64,000 bases of DNA from Eledone cirrhosa (GCA_964016885.1 OZ024742.1:151776001-151840000), one strand, 5' to 3'. Counted from the stretch's first letter, positions 29,680 through 44,015 are shown. Notes: generated from the letters alone by a model not told the origin. Made by a program: numbers and translations.

Positions 29680-31306
29680 GCATGTTTAAGGTATTTAGTG
29701 GATCTTAAAGTATCATTTGATGAATAAAGATTTTCCTTTGTAATTTTATCGTTAGATATTGTCGAAAAATGAAGGAGAAAATTGTATACGAAAGAAACAC
29801 AAACAAGAATGAACACAATACTACACAAGTGGGGAAAATGGCGTTTTTTAATTATTAATTATAAATATAATAAGCTCTAAATGTTTTTTGCATTCATATT
29901 TTGGATATTAATATACTTTTATTTTATTTTCTATCTTATTCAACATGATTATACAGCTACTTCCACAAATAATGTACATGGTTGCTTTAACATCCAGTCC
30001 CCTGCCAAAGTAGTAATAATCTTGGGCAAGTTATGAAATGTACCTCTCTCCCCATCAAAGCTGGAAATATGCCCTGACCAGGTATGAAATGTATGTACAA
30101 TTTCAACTTGCTCAGTATTTATTTTAGTACCTAATGCTATATGCACATGATTTATCTATGGGTTACATGCATGTTTAGTGTACGTGATGATCTTATAAGC
30201 AACAGATAGGAATAAAAGAAATAGAACTTGAAGCTAGGAGTCCACTTCAATATCTTAGGCCCATATCAACAGGTCAAACTGCCCCTCCTTTGACCTGACC
30301 TGTGGAAAATGAAGGCATTAGATAGTATATGATTATATTTTAAAGATTCCTGTTTATGTGAGACGAAGTAACAGATCCCGATCGTTTATTACTGTTCGCG
30401 TCGTCGTTTTGTTGACGATTAGCAAGTTTTTAGGATTGATTTTTAGCTCAGCTCTGATCCACTAGAGCTATTATCAAAGAATAGTTAACCTAGGATTAAA
30501 TCATCTAAGGCGCCTTTGTTGCTTTTGTGTAGTATGCATGATCTGATGTTGATTTGATCGTTAATGTGAAGGGCGTCACTGATCAGATAGAAACTTTTTA
30601 GAGTATTTTCTCGACCCTTAAGTTTTAAGCTAGCATTTATAACATTGTTTGGTAACCTTAAAAATCAAAGCTATACATACTCATCTTAAATATCACCAAA
30701 TGTGTAATTACGTTTCGACACTAGTACTTCACCAGACGATATAGTGAGAAATATTAGATGAAATAGAAAGATAGAGAGGGAGAAGAGAAAGGAACATATG
30801 GCAGGTATGTATGTGTAAGTGTACGTGTTTCCTATCTACATTTGAACATCGGTGAGGAAACCGATAAAAAAATATTCTGCTATTTGTTTCATACGGGTTG
30901 TCACTCTCACCATCTTAAATAAATGAAACGACTGCTTGGTCCATTGGAAATCTATCACGAACGACGCAATTGTTCACAAAATGTAATAAAATAAAATAAA
31001 TATAATTTTCTTCTTTGATGATCGGGGTTCTAAATATCTTCGCGAAGGACTCGCTTTCTCTTTTATTTCTCTCGCATCCATTGATAACAGTGATATATCG
31101 CAGTCCGTCATATGACCAATCCTTTAAATGAGAGGATTTTTGTGACTAGTGAAAAGAAGTCAATATTAAAATCAAAACATCATCCTTTTTGTTGCCGAAA
31201 TTAAAGTTAATATTATTAAATATCGATCTTGCTGTTAATAAGGATTTGAGTAACTTTTAATTTCATTTCTAATTATTTTTCAATCAATATAATCTTCGAT
31301 CGTCTT

Positions 31307-31347
<41 letters not shown>

Positions 31348-31421
31348 GCACACACACACACACATATATATGTGTATATTTGAGGATATATATATACATA
31401 TACACTAATATAAAATATTGA

Positions 31422-31633
31422 CTTCTTATATAGGCACAAGGCCAGCAATTTTGGAGGAGGGGAAAGTCGATTAAATCGACTCCAGTGCGTGACTAGTACT
31501 TTATTTTATTGACCCCGTAAGGATGAAAGGCAAAGTTAACCTCGTCGGATTTGAACTCATATCGTAAAGGGCCGTAACTCTATGTTGAAAAGCATGGTGT
31601 CCGACCCTCTACCGATATTGCCAATCCACTGCC
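31422..31633 (-). mobile_element. Full-length SINE with 21-bp TSD
   Basis: tacactaatataaaatattga at 31401-31421 and 31635-31655. Confidence 0.9.
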
Positions 31634-31924
31634 TTACACTAATATAAAATATTGATACATTACAAGGTAAATTTCTACACAACATGTGTTATTTCTTGTT
31701 TGAAGATACAATTAAACAATACTGGCTATTGGACCACCTGAACATCAGCTGTCATTTTACGAAACAGATAACTTACTCCGCACTATGTATATTAGAAAGT
31801 GAGGTTTTTTTTACAAAATAAAAAATAACCGAGGTGTCTTACACAAGTGAAAGTATAAGGAAAAAAGATAAAATCGAAAATGCAACTGGAGTCTTTTTTT
31901 AAAAAATATATATTTATTTGGTTC

Positions 31925-31960
31925 CTTTACCGGTTTAGCAGTTCTTCTGCTTTTCAAAAG
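31925..31960 (-). ncRNA. Minimal hammerhead, U3-A8 variant
   Basis: ctt-TTGAAAA-gcag/ctgc-TAAAC(G12 mutated)-cg-GTA-aag. Confidence 0.6.
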
Positions 31961-32693
31961 TAGAATTGAGATGGAGGGTCTGTGGTTTTCCTCACACCTG
32001 GTTGGTCTTTGAATGTTACTTCTGTTTTATATGGAAAAAAGAGGCTCGAAATGCCAGGTTTTTAGAGAAGTAATTTGGTTGGTTGGTGAATAAGTATAAT
32101 AAATTTCGGCCAGTTCGCGTTACAAGTTCTTCAAACAAGGGCGGGGGTTAGGTTGTTTTTCATATATGAGTGAAGTTTGGTTGGTTGATGCAGCCACGTG
32201 AATAAGCACATCAGCTTTCGCGCTAGTTCGTGTTTGAATTTCTTTTTACTTAAAAAAAGGTGGCTCACGAAGGCTTTTTTTAAATAAATGTAATTTGATT
32301 GGTTATAAATCGAATTATGACTGTCACGTGAACAAGTACATTAAATTTGGCGCCCGCATTTAGGAATTTGGCGCCGTATTTAGGCAAAAAATTCTCTGAA
32401 AGGCTACAAAATAAATTCCTAAATACGGGCGCCAAATTTAATGTACTTGTTAACGTAACTGCCTCAACAAACCAAACTTCACTCACATATGAAAAAACAA
32501 CCAGACCCTCCCCTTTATTTGAAGAACTTTGTAACGCAAACTGGCGCGAATTTGTTATACTTATTCACCAGCCAACCAAATTACTTCTCTAAAAACCTGG
32601 CATTTCGAGCCACTTTTTTCCATATAAAACGGAAGTAACATTCAAAGACCAACCAGATGTGAGGAAAACAACAAACCCTCCATCTTAATTCTA

Positions 32694-32729
32694 CTTTTGA
32701 AAAGGAGAAGACTTGCGAAACCGGTAAAG
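32694..32729 (+). ncRNA. Minimal hammerhead, U3-A8 variant
   Basis: ctt-TTGAAAA-ggag/ttgc-GAAAC-cg-GTA-aag. Confidence 0.65.
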
Positions 32730-32909
32730 AAACCAAATAAATATATATTTAAAAAAAAACAAACTCCAGTTGCATTTTCGATTTAATCTTTTTTCCCTAT
32801 AAATATATATATATATATATATATAGGAAACGAGTCAGGACGCCGACGGGTGAGCTCCGGCCGTTTCAACAGCTATATCCGAAGACCTATGTTATATATA
32901 TATATATAA

Positions 32910-33107
32910 ATAACAAAAATAATATTGCTAATGTTACATAAATCGTTTAATCATTATAATCACTTCCACGGTTCTCCATGTTATCGAGAAGTCTTTCGTG
33001 CATTTGTTGTTGTTATGAGAACGGTATCCCCGATTGCATGGAGAACCGTGGAAATAATTGTAATGATTAAACGATTTATGTAACATCATCATTATTATTT
33101 TTGTTAT
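32910..33107. repeat. Small foldback (~70-bp arms) with a degenerate HHR-like motif
   Basis: 32910-32980 vs 33037-33107; acggt..accgt-g-GAAA-taattg-TA. Confidence 0.6.
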
Positions 33108-33112
33108 TGCTA

Positions 33113-33305
33113 GGGCGGTGAATTGGCAGTATCGGTAGAGGGTTGGACGCCATGTTTTCTAGCAAAGTTACGTCCCTTTTCGGTCTGAGTTCAAATCCCG
33201 CCGAGGTTAACGTTGCCTTTCATCCTTAAGGGGTCGATAAAATAAAGTACCAGTAATGTACTGGGTAATTGCTGGCCTTGTGCCTAAAGTAGAAACAATT
33301 GTTAT
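33113..33305 (+). mobile_element. Full-length SINE
   Basis: Head, core and tail of the family. Confidence 0.88.
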
Positions 33306-33396
33306 TTTTATAAAAATCTCCATCGTACCTACAAACTATGAATGTTGAGAGCTTTACCCTGCTTACACCTGTTTTTACCAAAACAATCTCTTCGGA

Positions 33397-33450
<54 letters not shown>

Positions 33451-33727
33451 AGTCCACCTTGTTGTGGTAGGTCTGATACCGTTGTTAAAACTCAATGTGT
33501 CATTGGAAGGATGGTTGCAGCGAGATTCGATATGTGACCGGTAGTATATGTGGCAGGTGTTCACCTCCTACGGTATCCTCGAAGAAAATGCGCCCGGGTT
33601 ACAGAATCAGTTACATATATGTGTTTGTGCATAGAACAATAAAAAAAACAGAAGTTGGGGGTAGGTAGAGAGTTAGTTCATTGTTTTACGATTGTTTCAG
33701 AGGGTCAATTGATCGATGGATATATAT

Positions 33728-33806
<79 letters not shown>

Positions 33807-33876
33807 TCTATGTCTCTCTTTATCCCTCCTCTCTCTCTCTCTCTCTCTCACTCTCTCTATGTCTCTCTTTATCCCT

Positions 33877-33912
<36 letters not shown>

Positions 33913-35292
33913 ATGTCTGTGTATTTTAGTATTATCATTATCCATTTCACAGAGAACTAATGTGCTTTACATAGGGATGACAGTCACAATTTTACTCAGA
34001 GTACTACAAGCAATAACTAACGCATCCCATACCACCTACACCGCTTCTCTACCACTGTATGCAAATTACTTCAACAGGCACCTATTAGGAACACTACCGC
34101 TGGTACACGTATATTCTGTACAATATACAAAACAAGTTTGTATGCACATGAATATGTCTATATATTGATTGTGTAAGTATAAGCTTTTACAATCAACAGA
34201 TACTCAATGAGTTTATTCACACAACAATAAACGTATTATAATAGAAAATCGTCCATCTTGAAAATTGACAAAATTTTACACTAATTTACAAGAAATTCTT
34301 ATCAGTATAATTTACTTTTGTATTTTAAATTTTCATTTTGTTATTGTCTTAAGTATGAATTAATATGAAAAAATGAAATCTTGAAAGACAAAACGAAAAT
34401 ATAAAAAAACAAACCGAAACAATATTAAGAGTATTATCACAAAGATCAGATATTTTCTCTAATGGAATATTTCGTCATAGATGGAACCTCATCATATTTG
34501 CCACTGCAATTATCGATCACCCACCACTATTTCAATTTAGATTTGTTTAATAGAAGAACAATAAAGACTAGTCTTTTTTTATCCAAGCTTTCTCTTTGAA
34601 ACTCTTTATTTCCAATTAACCCGCAGTACGAAAATAAAATACAATAATCGATAAATTTAATTAAAAAAAATTTAGCAAAAATCTTTTCTGAAAAGTAATC
34701 TGAGAGTTACTTTTAGATTCCAGCATTGGGAAAACTATAGAATTTGATTAAAGTTCTGCTTCATTAAGAAAGAACTCTTCAGAAAATTAACCAAGCTGCT
34801 CGAATCACCTCCCTGTCTTTAAAGTAATTTCGAAGAAATTTCACAAGAAATCACGTTGGATGTATTTTTCGTTATAATGAAGTCAGCCTTGACTGCGAGT
34901 ATAAAAGATAGTACACCATCTTTTCATTTTGATGCAGTATTGGTTCTTGCCTTTGTGGAAGCTGTCTAACTGCCGGCAGATTTTTCTATTCGCTATTTCA
35001 GACAGTTTACTATTGTTTTGTTTGTCAATGAATTCTACAACAGATTTAACAAGTAGGAAATTAAATGCGGTCATGTAGAAAAGATGATTAAAAATTATTA
35101 TTAAAAACAACAAATAAACTGATTCTGCTTGTTGAATATATAATTATCACATTGTCTTAATGTAATTAGGATATTATTTCAATGCTTCATTTAGTTTAGT
35201 AGTTGAAGAAAAACTCAAGAGCTTATTCTATATTGGTTAATCCTCCAATTAATTAATGTTTATTAAAATGAGACATTCCATCTACCCCAAGG

Positions 35293-35397
<105 letters not shown>

Positions 35398-35461
35398 TGT
35401 GTATGTGTGTGTGTCTGTGTGTGTGTGTGCGTGTGCGTTCATATATACAATTATACAGACA

Positions 35462-35542
<81 letters not shown>

Positions 35543-35558
35543 TAAAATAACAGATTCA

Positions 35559-35609
35559 AGTTTAAGCAAAGAATCGCTGCTTTCACTCTTAACGGGATCT
35601 TCTGAAACT
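35559..35609 (-). ncRNA. Hammerhead-like motif with CAGAAGA core
   Basis: Reverse complement of 38450-38500. Confidence 0.6.
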
Positions 35610-36538
35610 AACAAAGTCAATCTGTAAACGCAGAAGTGAATATTTCAAAAAACGTTGCAACCGGAGGAAGACAGGAAGACGATACTTTGGTTCGTGGAAA
35701 GGTTCCCTGGCAAAGAACGGGAAAAACGAATATAATACGTCATTATTTGGAGCGGTGAAAAAGAATTACACGCAAAGACAGAACCACGTTTATGGCATAA
35801 AAGAAGTCGTAGACTAATATTCTCTAAGTGGTGCATAGAGACGTTCTCTGGCAATGAACGGAAAAAACGAAGAAAATACGTCATATCTGGAGCGTGGAGA
35901 ACAATTGCACGCAAAGACAAAACCACGTAAATGGTATAACTGAAGTCGTAGACTAAAATTCTAACTAGGAAACCGAATGATTCTCCGCTTCAGAGTTAAG
36001 AATAAAGTAAATAAAATACAGAGGTAATTGAAATTAAATAAATACATACACGCATCCAAATACAGACATATACAAGCATACGCGAAAAGACTCGCCATAG
36101 GTATACAAATACTAGCACATATAAATATGTGTGTGTGTGTGTGTGCGTGTATACAAATAATTAAATAAAGGTATATAAATAAATAAATAAGTATATAACA
36201 AGCGCACACACATACCTACATGCAACTACCCAAATGTTCGGAAACGTACGTCAACCAAAACACGAAGTACACATATACACACACCCTACATACCTACGAA
36301 CCCGTATACTCACGCAGACGCAAAACACACGTATACACATAACCAAAAGCATATGTACCAGAATATATAAAAAATATACGCCATAACATATACAATCAAA
36401 TGTACGTACGAGAAAGTATACGTACCTTCACAAAACATACAGGTAATATATACTTACCTATCCAAATAGGCAACGGTATAAACATAACATATACTTAGCT
36501 ACCACATCAAGTCGTAAAATATCCGCGTATAGATCGTA

Positions 36539-37476
36539 CTATCCGTTAGGGTATAATGTGGGGCTGTAATACAGGAAAGTTTTGGGCAATTTATGTTTAC
36601 AAGCCGAAATTGCCTCAGATTTTTTGTTTAAGATGTGGTCTGAGGCGTAGAGTATTTCCAGGGCCACAGCGGCGCAGAGGTCACATGGTCTTTTATTTCC
36701 GTTATACGATCTAGCCCTAGCTAGGATCTCCCAGTGTAACTTATATTGGGTGTGGTTGTCTTTTAGACTCCAGATATAAGCTGAAAGTGACGTCATATTC
36801 CTTCTTAGAGGGTAACGAAAAGAATGGGTATGCATGTAAAGACGCTGCTTGAATTTATTGGCGGTTAACCCTATGTAGGCCCTACAGGACGTGGGTGTTT
36901 CAACCTTACATTTGTAGACAATGTTACTAGAGAGGCATTTCCCGGATAGGGCGCAATCAACCCGATTCCTACAATTACAGTTAGTACAAACTACAGAGTG
37001 CACGTGTTGCTACGGCTAGGTAGTTTAGCTAAATTTGAAGCTGTGATGTTATGTGCAAGGTTAGGAGTCGTAGAGTAACAAACTTTAATAGTATTTCTAT
37101 TAACAATTTTACTATATTATGTGTAGGGGGAAAATGCTTCGTAATAAGGGATAGAAAGATCTTAGCTAATGGTGTGGCCATCTCCATTTTATATGGTGGG
37201 TTATACCATATAATGCATCGGGATCTATTTCATCTAGGTCTATTCTCGTACTCTGTATATGCTACCTTATCGACAAATCCACTCCGGGAAAGAGCTTCAT
37301 TGTAATATGTGGAATGGTCGTTGAAAATACGCTCGTTAGTAGATAGACTGGAAAGCCTCAACGAAACGTTTCTTACCAGGTTCTTGGTTATGCTGGCAGG
37401 ATGGTTGGAATGCTTACTTATGTAATTAAGCGTATCATTCGGCTTTCTATACGGGTAATACAAGCCATTCGATAAA
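36539..37476 (-). pseudogene. PLE thumb + GIY-YIG endonuclease remnant
   Basis: YRKPN..YI..SNHP; IIWY.PPY; CNCR..C.L.GKCL..NIVY..YIG.T..FKQR..H; CDLC; CKH. Confidence 0.9.
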
Positions 37477-38449
37477 TTGTAAACATAAATTACACAAAAC
37501 TTTCCTGTATTACCGCCCCACATTATACCCTAACGGATAGTACGATCTATACGTGGATATTTTACGTCTTGATGTGGTAACTAAGTATATGTTATGTTTA
37601 TACCGTTACTTATTTGTATAGGTAAGTATATATTACCTGTATGTTTTGTGAAGGTACGTATACTTTCTCGTACGTATATTTGATTGTATATGTTATGGCG
37701 TATATTTTTATATATTCTGGTACATATGCTTTTGGTTATGTGTATACGTGTGTTTTGCGTCTGTGTGAGTATACGGGTTCATAGGTATGTAGGGTGTGTA
37801 TATATGTGTACTTCGTGTTTTGGTTGACGTAGTTTCCGAACATTTGGGTATTTACATGTAGGTATGTGTGTGCGCTTGTTATATACGTATTTATTTATTT
37901 ATATACGTTTATTTAATTATTTGTATACACGCGCACACACACACACATATTTATATGTGCTAGTATTTGTATACCTATGGCGAGTGTTTTCGCGTATGCT
38001 TGTATATGTCTGTATTTGGATGCGTGTATGTATTTACTTAATTTCAATTACCTCTGTATTTTATTTACTTTATTCTTAACTCTGAAGCGGAGAATCATTC
38101 GGTTTCCTAGTTAGAATTTTAGTCTACGACTTCAGTTATACCATTTACGTGGTTTTGTCTTTGCGTGCAATTGTTCTCCACGCTCCACATATGACGTATT
38201 TTCTTCGTTTTTTCCGTTCATTGCCAGAGAACGCCTCTATGAACCACCTAAGAGAATATTAGTCTATAAACGTGGCTCTGTCTTTGCGTGTAATTGTTTT
38301 TCACCGCTCCAAATAATGACGTATTATATTCGTTTTTCCCGTTCTTTGCCAGGGAACCTTTCCACGAACCAAAGTATCGTCTTCCTGTCTTCCTCCAGTT
38401 GCAACGTTTTTTGAAATATTCACTTCTGCGTTTACAGATTGACTTTGTT

Positions 38450-38500
38450 AGTTTCAGAAGATCCCGTTAAGAGTGAAAGCAGCGATTCTTTGCTTAAACT
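38450..38500 (+). ncRNA. Hammerhead-like motif with CAGAAGA core
   Basis: agttt-CAGAAGA-tccc..gagt-GAAA-gcag..ttgc-TT-aaact, followed by AATAAA. Confidence 0.62.
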
Positions 38501-39582
38501 TTAATCTGATATTTTAATAAATAACAGATTCTTATATATTTGATATATATTTAACCTCATCGAGCCCTCTTTGGATTTTAGTCTTCATATTTATTATTAT
38601 TACTATATATATATATATATATTTGGGGTGGGTCATATTTGTGTAATATTGCCAGATTTAATAACAGAACACACTCACTGTTTTGTTGGTTTTCGCTTTT
38701 CGCTTCTGTGTCTTTTATATCGGTAGTCTAATTTATTCGGTCCTCAATGTTGCCATTGACTGACCAACGGTCAAAAATACAGATACAATGTAGACACAAA
38801 CACATATATATAGTTTATCAAAGTTCTTTCGCTGCACATCTGCAACATCGTCAGTAGTGCTATTGTTTCTTCCCGTTGCATTGTATTTTCTACGCCATCT
38901 TTATTTAGTCTGTTTATATATTTATTTATTTGTTTATTTTATTTTGTCTTCTTTGCGCATGCGTGTGTGTATAGTGTTTTGTTTGATGTGTGTTCGTGAT
39001 TGGGTGACTGCGTATTGGTTAATGTATTTTATCTTTACTAGTGTGTGTTTATGTGTTTGTTGTTATTGTGCTTGTGTATGTATTTATTTATTTATTTATC
39101 TATTTATTTATTTATCTTCTCTTAGGTCAGAGTTGTTTGTTTGGGTGTTGTTGTTATTCCATTCATTCTTTCTGTTTAGCCTTGGCCTTCTAACTTCTAT
39201 TTCACTGGCCTCTTTGATTTGTCTATCTGCTGGGTCATTTCTATGTTTAGATATTATTCTAATTTCTATGTTGTCTATGTTACCGTCGTGTTGTTGTCTG
39301 GCATGTTCGTATAGTACATATATATATATATATATGTTTAGCGATTTTGCTGAAAAATAGCTTGCTTAGTATAATCATTGTATATCCCGTGGTGTATCTA
39401 TAGATCACATATATGTAACCCTCACACACACACGTACTCACGATCAAAAACCCACCCCCTCACACACACACTTATATATATATATATATATCGAATATAA
39501 TTCACCGAAAATTAACATTACCATGCTATAAAATACGCAATACATATAATTCTAATACATTATTATTATTGATGTCTTTGAA

Positions 39583-39775
39583 AGGCGGTGGATTGGCAGT
39601 ATCGGTGGAGGGTCGGACGCGATGCTTTGACGTATAAAGTTACGTCCCTTGCCATTCTGAGTTAAAATCTCGCCGAGGTTAACTTTGCCTTTCATCCTTA
39701 CGGGGTCGATAAAATAAAGTACCAGTAATGCACTGGGTAATTTGCTGGCCTTGTGCCAAACGTAGAAACAATTAT
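39583..39775 (+). mobile_element. Full-length SINE with TSD attattattattgatgtct
   Basis: Head, core, tail and flanking direct repeat. Confidence 0.9.
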
Positions 39776-39933
39776 TATTATTGATGTCTACAACCGTCTC
39801 AATTAGGTCTCGGAACTTCATCAGGGTGAATACGTCTATTCTTTCCTGACAATGTTGTGTGAGTGGACCCAAAAGTGTGATCTAACAAGTAGGGTCAATA
39901 TTCAAATACTAAGTTGGTCTATATATACATACA

Positions 39934-40050
<117 letters not shown>

Positions 40051-40255
40051 ATATATGTATATATATATATATATATATATGTATGTAAATATATTAGGAT
40101 TGATGCTCTGAAATAGCGATGTATACATAAATGTATGTATAGTATATTTGATAATATAACGTATGTTTAATTAAAAACATTTAGAAGACCATACGCTATT
40201 AGTTTTAAAGTAGTGACTATATCACTTACTTCTTTTCGGCGAAAGAAGGGAGAGG

Positions 40256-40297
40256 AGCTGACAGTCTGTTTCACGCTGGTTGACGTTCGTCAGAGCC
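40256..40297 (-). ncRNA. Minimal type I hammerhead, canonical core
   Basis: ggct-CTGACGA-acgt/gcgt-GAAAC-agact-GTC-agct. Confidence 0.8.
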
Positions 40298-40454
40298 ACG
40301 TACACTCCTGCTTTTACCCGAAAATTATAGAAGCTGGATTCTTATAGAAGCTGGATTCCAGTAATAATCAGGAGCTGATTATACAGAGCGATTGCCGGTC
40401 CAGCAATAATTACATATATATATATATATAATACATATATATATATATATAATA

Positions 40455-40665
40455 CGGGCAAAAACCAAACGACAGGAGACCCTGGGGTTGACCCCAATGT
40501 TAGGATAAAATTGTTAAGCTCGACTGGTCATGCTTGGAGATCCAGCTGGATGTATTGGAGACGGAAGCCTCTGACAAGACGCTTTGGAAGGCGTGGTTGA
40601 GGACTCTGCCTCCACGACCATCCTAGGAATAAGTGGCTGAAAAAGAAGATGAAAAAGAAGAAAAA
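40455..40665 (+). mobile_element. 3' end fragment of an RTE-like LINE
   Basis: R.P.G.P..(W) type C-terminal remnant with a GAA-rich tail; similar to the 3' end of 55900-56560. Confidence 0.5.
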
Positions 40666-40855
40666 GAATAATAATATAGATATAGATATACATATATATG
40701 TGTGGGCATGTCCATATATATATATATAGAGAGAGAGAGGGGGGGGGTGAGATGTTAGTAACTAAGTCCAGTAAGAACATTATTCACCTTAGTACTCTGC
40801 ACTTTTCTTTGTTTTGGAAATGATTTAAGCTTAGCCATCGAGCAGATCAGCCCTT

Positions 40856-40894
<39 letters not shown>

Positions 40895-40916
40895 ACACAC
40901 ACGCACACACACACAT

Positions 40917-40950
<34 letters not shown>

Positions 40951-42202
40951 TATGTGGTCAGACAAACACACATAGTTTCTCTCACACATATATAGTCTCA
41001 CACAAGTTCACACATATATATACACATTATACACGCTTACACAGTAGATTACCCATATCCAACAACATCAGTGTTGATTTGATCTGTAAAAAATGACAAT
41101 AAAATCACACTCGCATCAGACTCTAACGTTTTACATAACACCACACACTAAAGAACCACCTACACACTTCTGAGCGGATACACACACAAAAACAAAGACA
41201 CATATGTACACACAAATTAATTAACTTAATCATCATACTACTGAATGAAAACTAAAATTTTGCCTTGGATTCGCTATTCTCAATAATCTATTGGGAAAAA
41301 TTGAATTCAAATACGTTGGAAGAGCTGGTAATCGATGGGGAAATTCAAGACAAAATTCATGCACAACAATAACACATGTAAATGCTAGAAATAAATCCTA
41401 CTGTTTTGTTAATATGCGTTCATCTTAATTCTATTTGTAACTACTGCACGAATTACTGATTACAGAACCCTCTAAGTATAACCCTATGATCGACCTTCTG
41501 ATATATATATATAGAAATATTAAAACAATGAAATTAAATAAAAAACTGTTAATTCATAGTAAAACTCATTATTTTATGATCGTTTCTGGGGGGGGGGTAG
41601 TTCCCTGTATGTTCATTCAATTATTGATCTATGTAAAACATATTACAAAATATCATAGTAAGAAAAAGATACATACGTCTTCACTACCAGCCGTCTTCAG
41701 AAATAATGAGTTTTGTTTATTGAAAAACATACATATGAATAAGTAAGGTTTTTATAACCAGGTTGAAATTAACCAATGTTCAGAATGGAAAGGGACAGTA
41801 TAAATCCTTAAGGTTGGTGGTAGTAGATAAGGTATCAAATGTCTTTTAAGAAAAGAAATGAAAGTTGCTAGTGTAAATGAAATTTTAACGGCTGCTATTT
41901 TTAGTAGCGAGAGATTGACCTGTCCACCTTGCTTTCAGTCTGTGCACACGGTACTAGACAAAATTGTTTCATCATTCATTTGTTGGGGCAGTTTTGTATG
42001 GCGCCAGTTTGTATTTTGAACTCGGCAATCTTATATTCTCCGAGAGAGAAAAGCCTTCTGACGAGGATCCCTTTCTCAATGGAAATCCGCTTGGATTATC
42101 TATTTGTTTTGGGATCTGAAACCGCAGTAAAGGCTCATACAGTAAGTACAGTGACTTTTTAAAGATGTATTTAAACATTTTTTCTTTATTTGCTTTTCCT
42201 CG

Positions 42203-42259
<57 letters not shown>

Positions 42260-43468
42260 GTACCCACACACCCTCGTACACCACCAACTCTACACACCCT
42301 ACCCCCACTAACCCCCACTCACACCTGCATTCCACCCCTCCCCACCTCCCGTATACTAACACCCACTAACACCTCTTCACCAAACTACACACACACCATT
42401 ACACCACATTCCCTCCATAGAACCACACACACCCTTCTCTCCCCGCTCCACACTCACTCATCCCACTAACACCCCTACTAATACACACACACACACACCC
42501 CCACACACCCACCCTCCTCCTTCCAACTCTCACACCTACCCATCCTCGCCTCCCTACCATTCCGCCGACTGCTGCTATGCCCATCCGACCACTGTCTCAG
42601 CACTCCCACTGCTGACCACTTCCTGTTGCGCGCGCACCCCACATCTCTCCTCTTCCGACCACCGCTTCTTGGATTACCCACACGCGTTATTGACTTCTAA
42701 CCCAAATCTCCAAACATCCGTGTAACTTACCAACTTTTCAACCATCCTCTTACACCATCACCTATATAACTCACCCACACACACACCCCAAAAAAAGTTT
42801 TTTATCCACATGCCACCCACACCCACAACACGCTTAAACCACACACACGTGCTTCCCACCACATATTTACACCCTCAGCCTCCTGATTCCTCTCCCCCCA
42901 CCCCCCTATCCACACACGCGCAGACCCTCCGACCCACAAAAACAGCCCCACACACACCTTCCTGAACATGCAACCCCGTTCTTCCCCCAACCCTCACTTT
43001 CACATACACACACACACACACACACACGCACACCTAACCACACACACCACCTTCAGCCCTCCCCGCTCGGACACCCCGTCTCCCTCTCCCCACTCCACCC
43101 GACACCACCTCTACTCACCCCACACCTTTCCACCACCTGTTTACCCCCCTTTTAATTTCAGTTTATTTTGATCATGCCTTTATTTTTAAATTTTCTCATT
43201 CCTTGTATTTCGATCATGCTTTATTTTTATTTATTATTTATTATATTTTTGTCTTTATTTGTTAATTTTTCATTCGCACCGTCTCCTTTCGCTATATGTC
43301 TCTCCACCACTCCCCTACACACCTTTTGAACTCTGTTCCCACACACTTCTCAGCTGAAGAAGGGCTTATGCCCGAAACGTCGTCCCCCACCTACCCCCCA
43401 CTCTCCTGAGCGTGAATTTAATAAACATTTGTCGTACTGCCTCTCTGTTCTGTCCCTGTTCAATTTTT

Positions 43469-43470
<2 letters not shown>
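42260..43470 (+). mobile_element. C-rich PLE 3' remnant with a minimal hammerhead motif at 43354-43384
   Basis: CTGAAGA-a-gggc-ttat-gccc-GAAACGTC, then AATAAA and (AT)n. Stem I is not convincingly paired. Confidence 0.6.
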
Positions 43471-43536
<66 letters not shown>

Positions 43537-43904
43537 AAAAATCGGAGTGGGTTAAAATACTGCAGATTATGCAGCCTTGAACTTTTTATATCTTGAAATC
43601 TAAAAACAATTTACTAAATGACAGAATCGAACGATCGTTATACTGCAACCACAAACTGATGGCTAAATTTTCTCACTATAAAAGTAACTTAACATAATTT
43701 GAACCGGAGACTACTACACCACTTTCTCGCTAACTAATTTCACTAAATACTTACTTCCTAACTATATCCCCCCTCCGCCCACACTACTAACCAGTTGCTT
43801 GCTTATCGTAATAAATGGATACTTAAGTACGATCAGCAAACTACAACCATCAACTAGGTGTATATCCCCTTTCCTTCCCCTTCTCTTCACTTTTTCTGCC
43901 CCTC

Positions 43905-44015
<111 letters not shown>

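Larger units (their letters stand above)
31854..32801. mobile_element. Foldback PLE-type terminus pair (~350-bp arms plus a nested inner inverted repeat), one minimal HHR per arm
   Basis: 31854-32200 is the reverse complement of about 32453-32801; inner repeat at 32326-32368/32414-32457. AATAAA follows the HHR; the element ends at (AT)n. Confidence 0.8.
35538..38605 (-). mobile_element. 5'-truncated Naiad-like PLE with ~1.05-kb inverted pseudo-LTRs
   Basis: Arms 35538-36602 and 37477-38521; ORF remnant between them; terminal tail 38522-38605; (AT)n flanks. Confidence 0.92.

Noticed and set aside
29958-30080. Exon-like segment with good splice signals
   Set aside because: Stops in all three plus-strand frames; the minus ORF is unrecognisable.
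30540-30610. HHR-like motif CTGATG..gatc/gatc..GAAAC..GTA
   Set aside because: Core interrupted and no stem I pairing.
41939-42141. Possible host exon (ttcag|...|gtaagt, one open frame)
   Set aside because: No recognisable protein similarity and no partner exons; needs RNA-seq.
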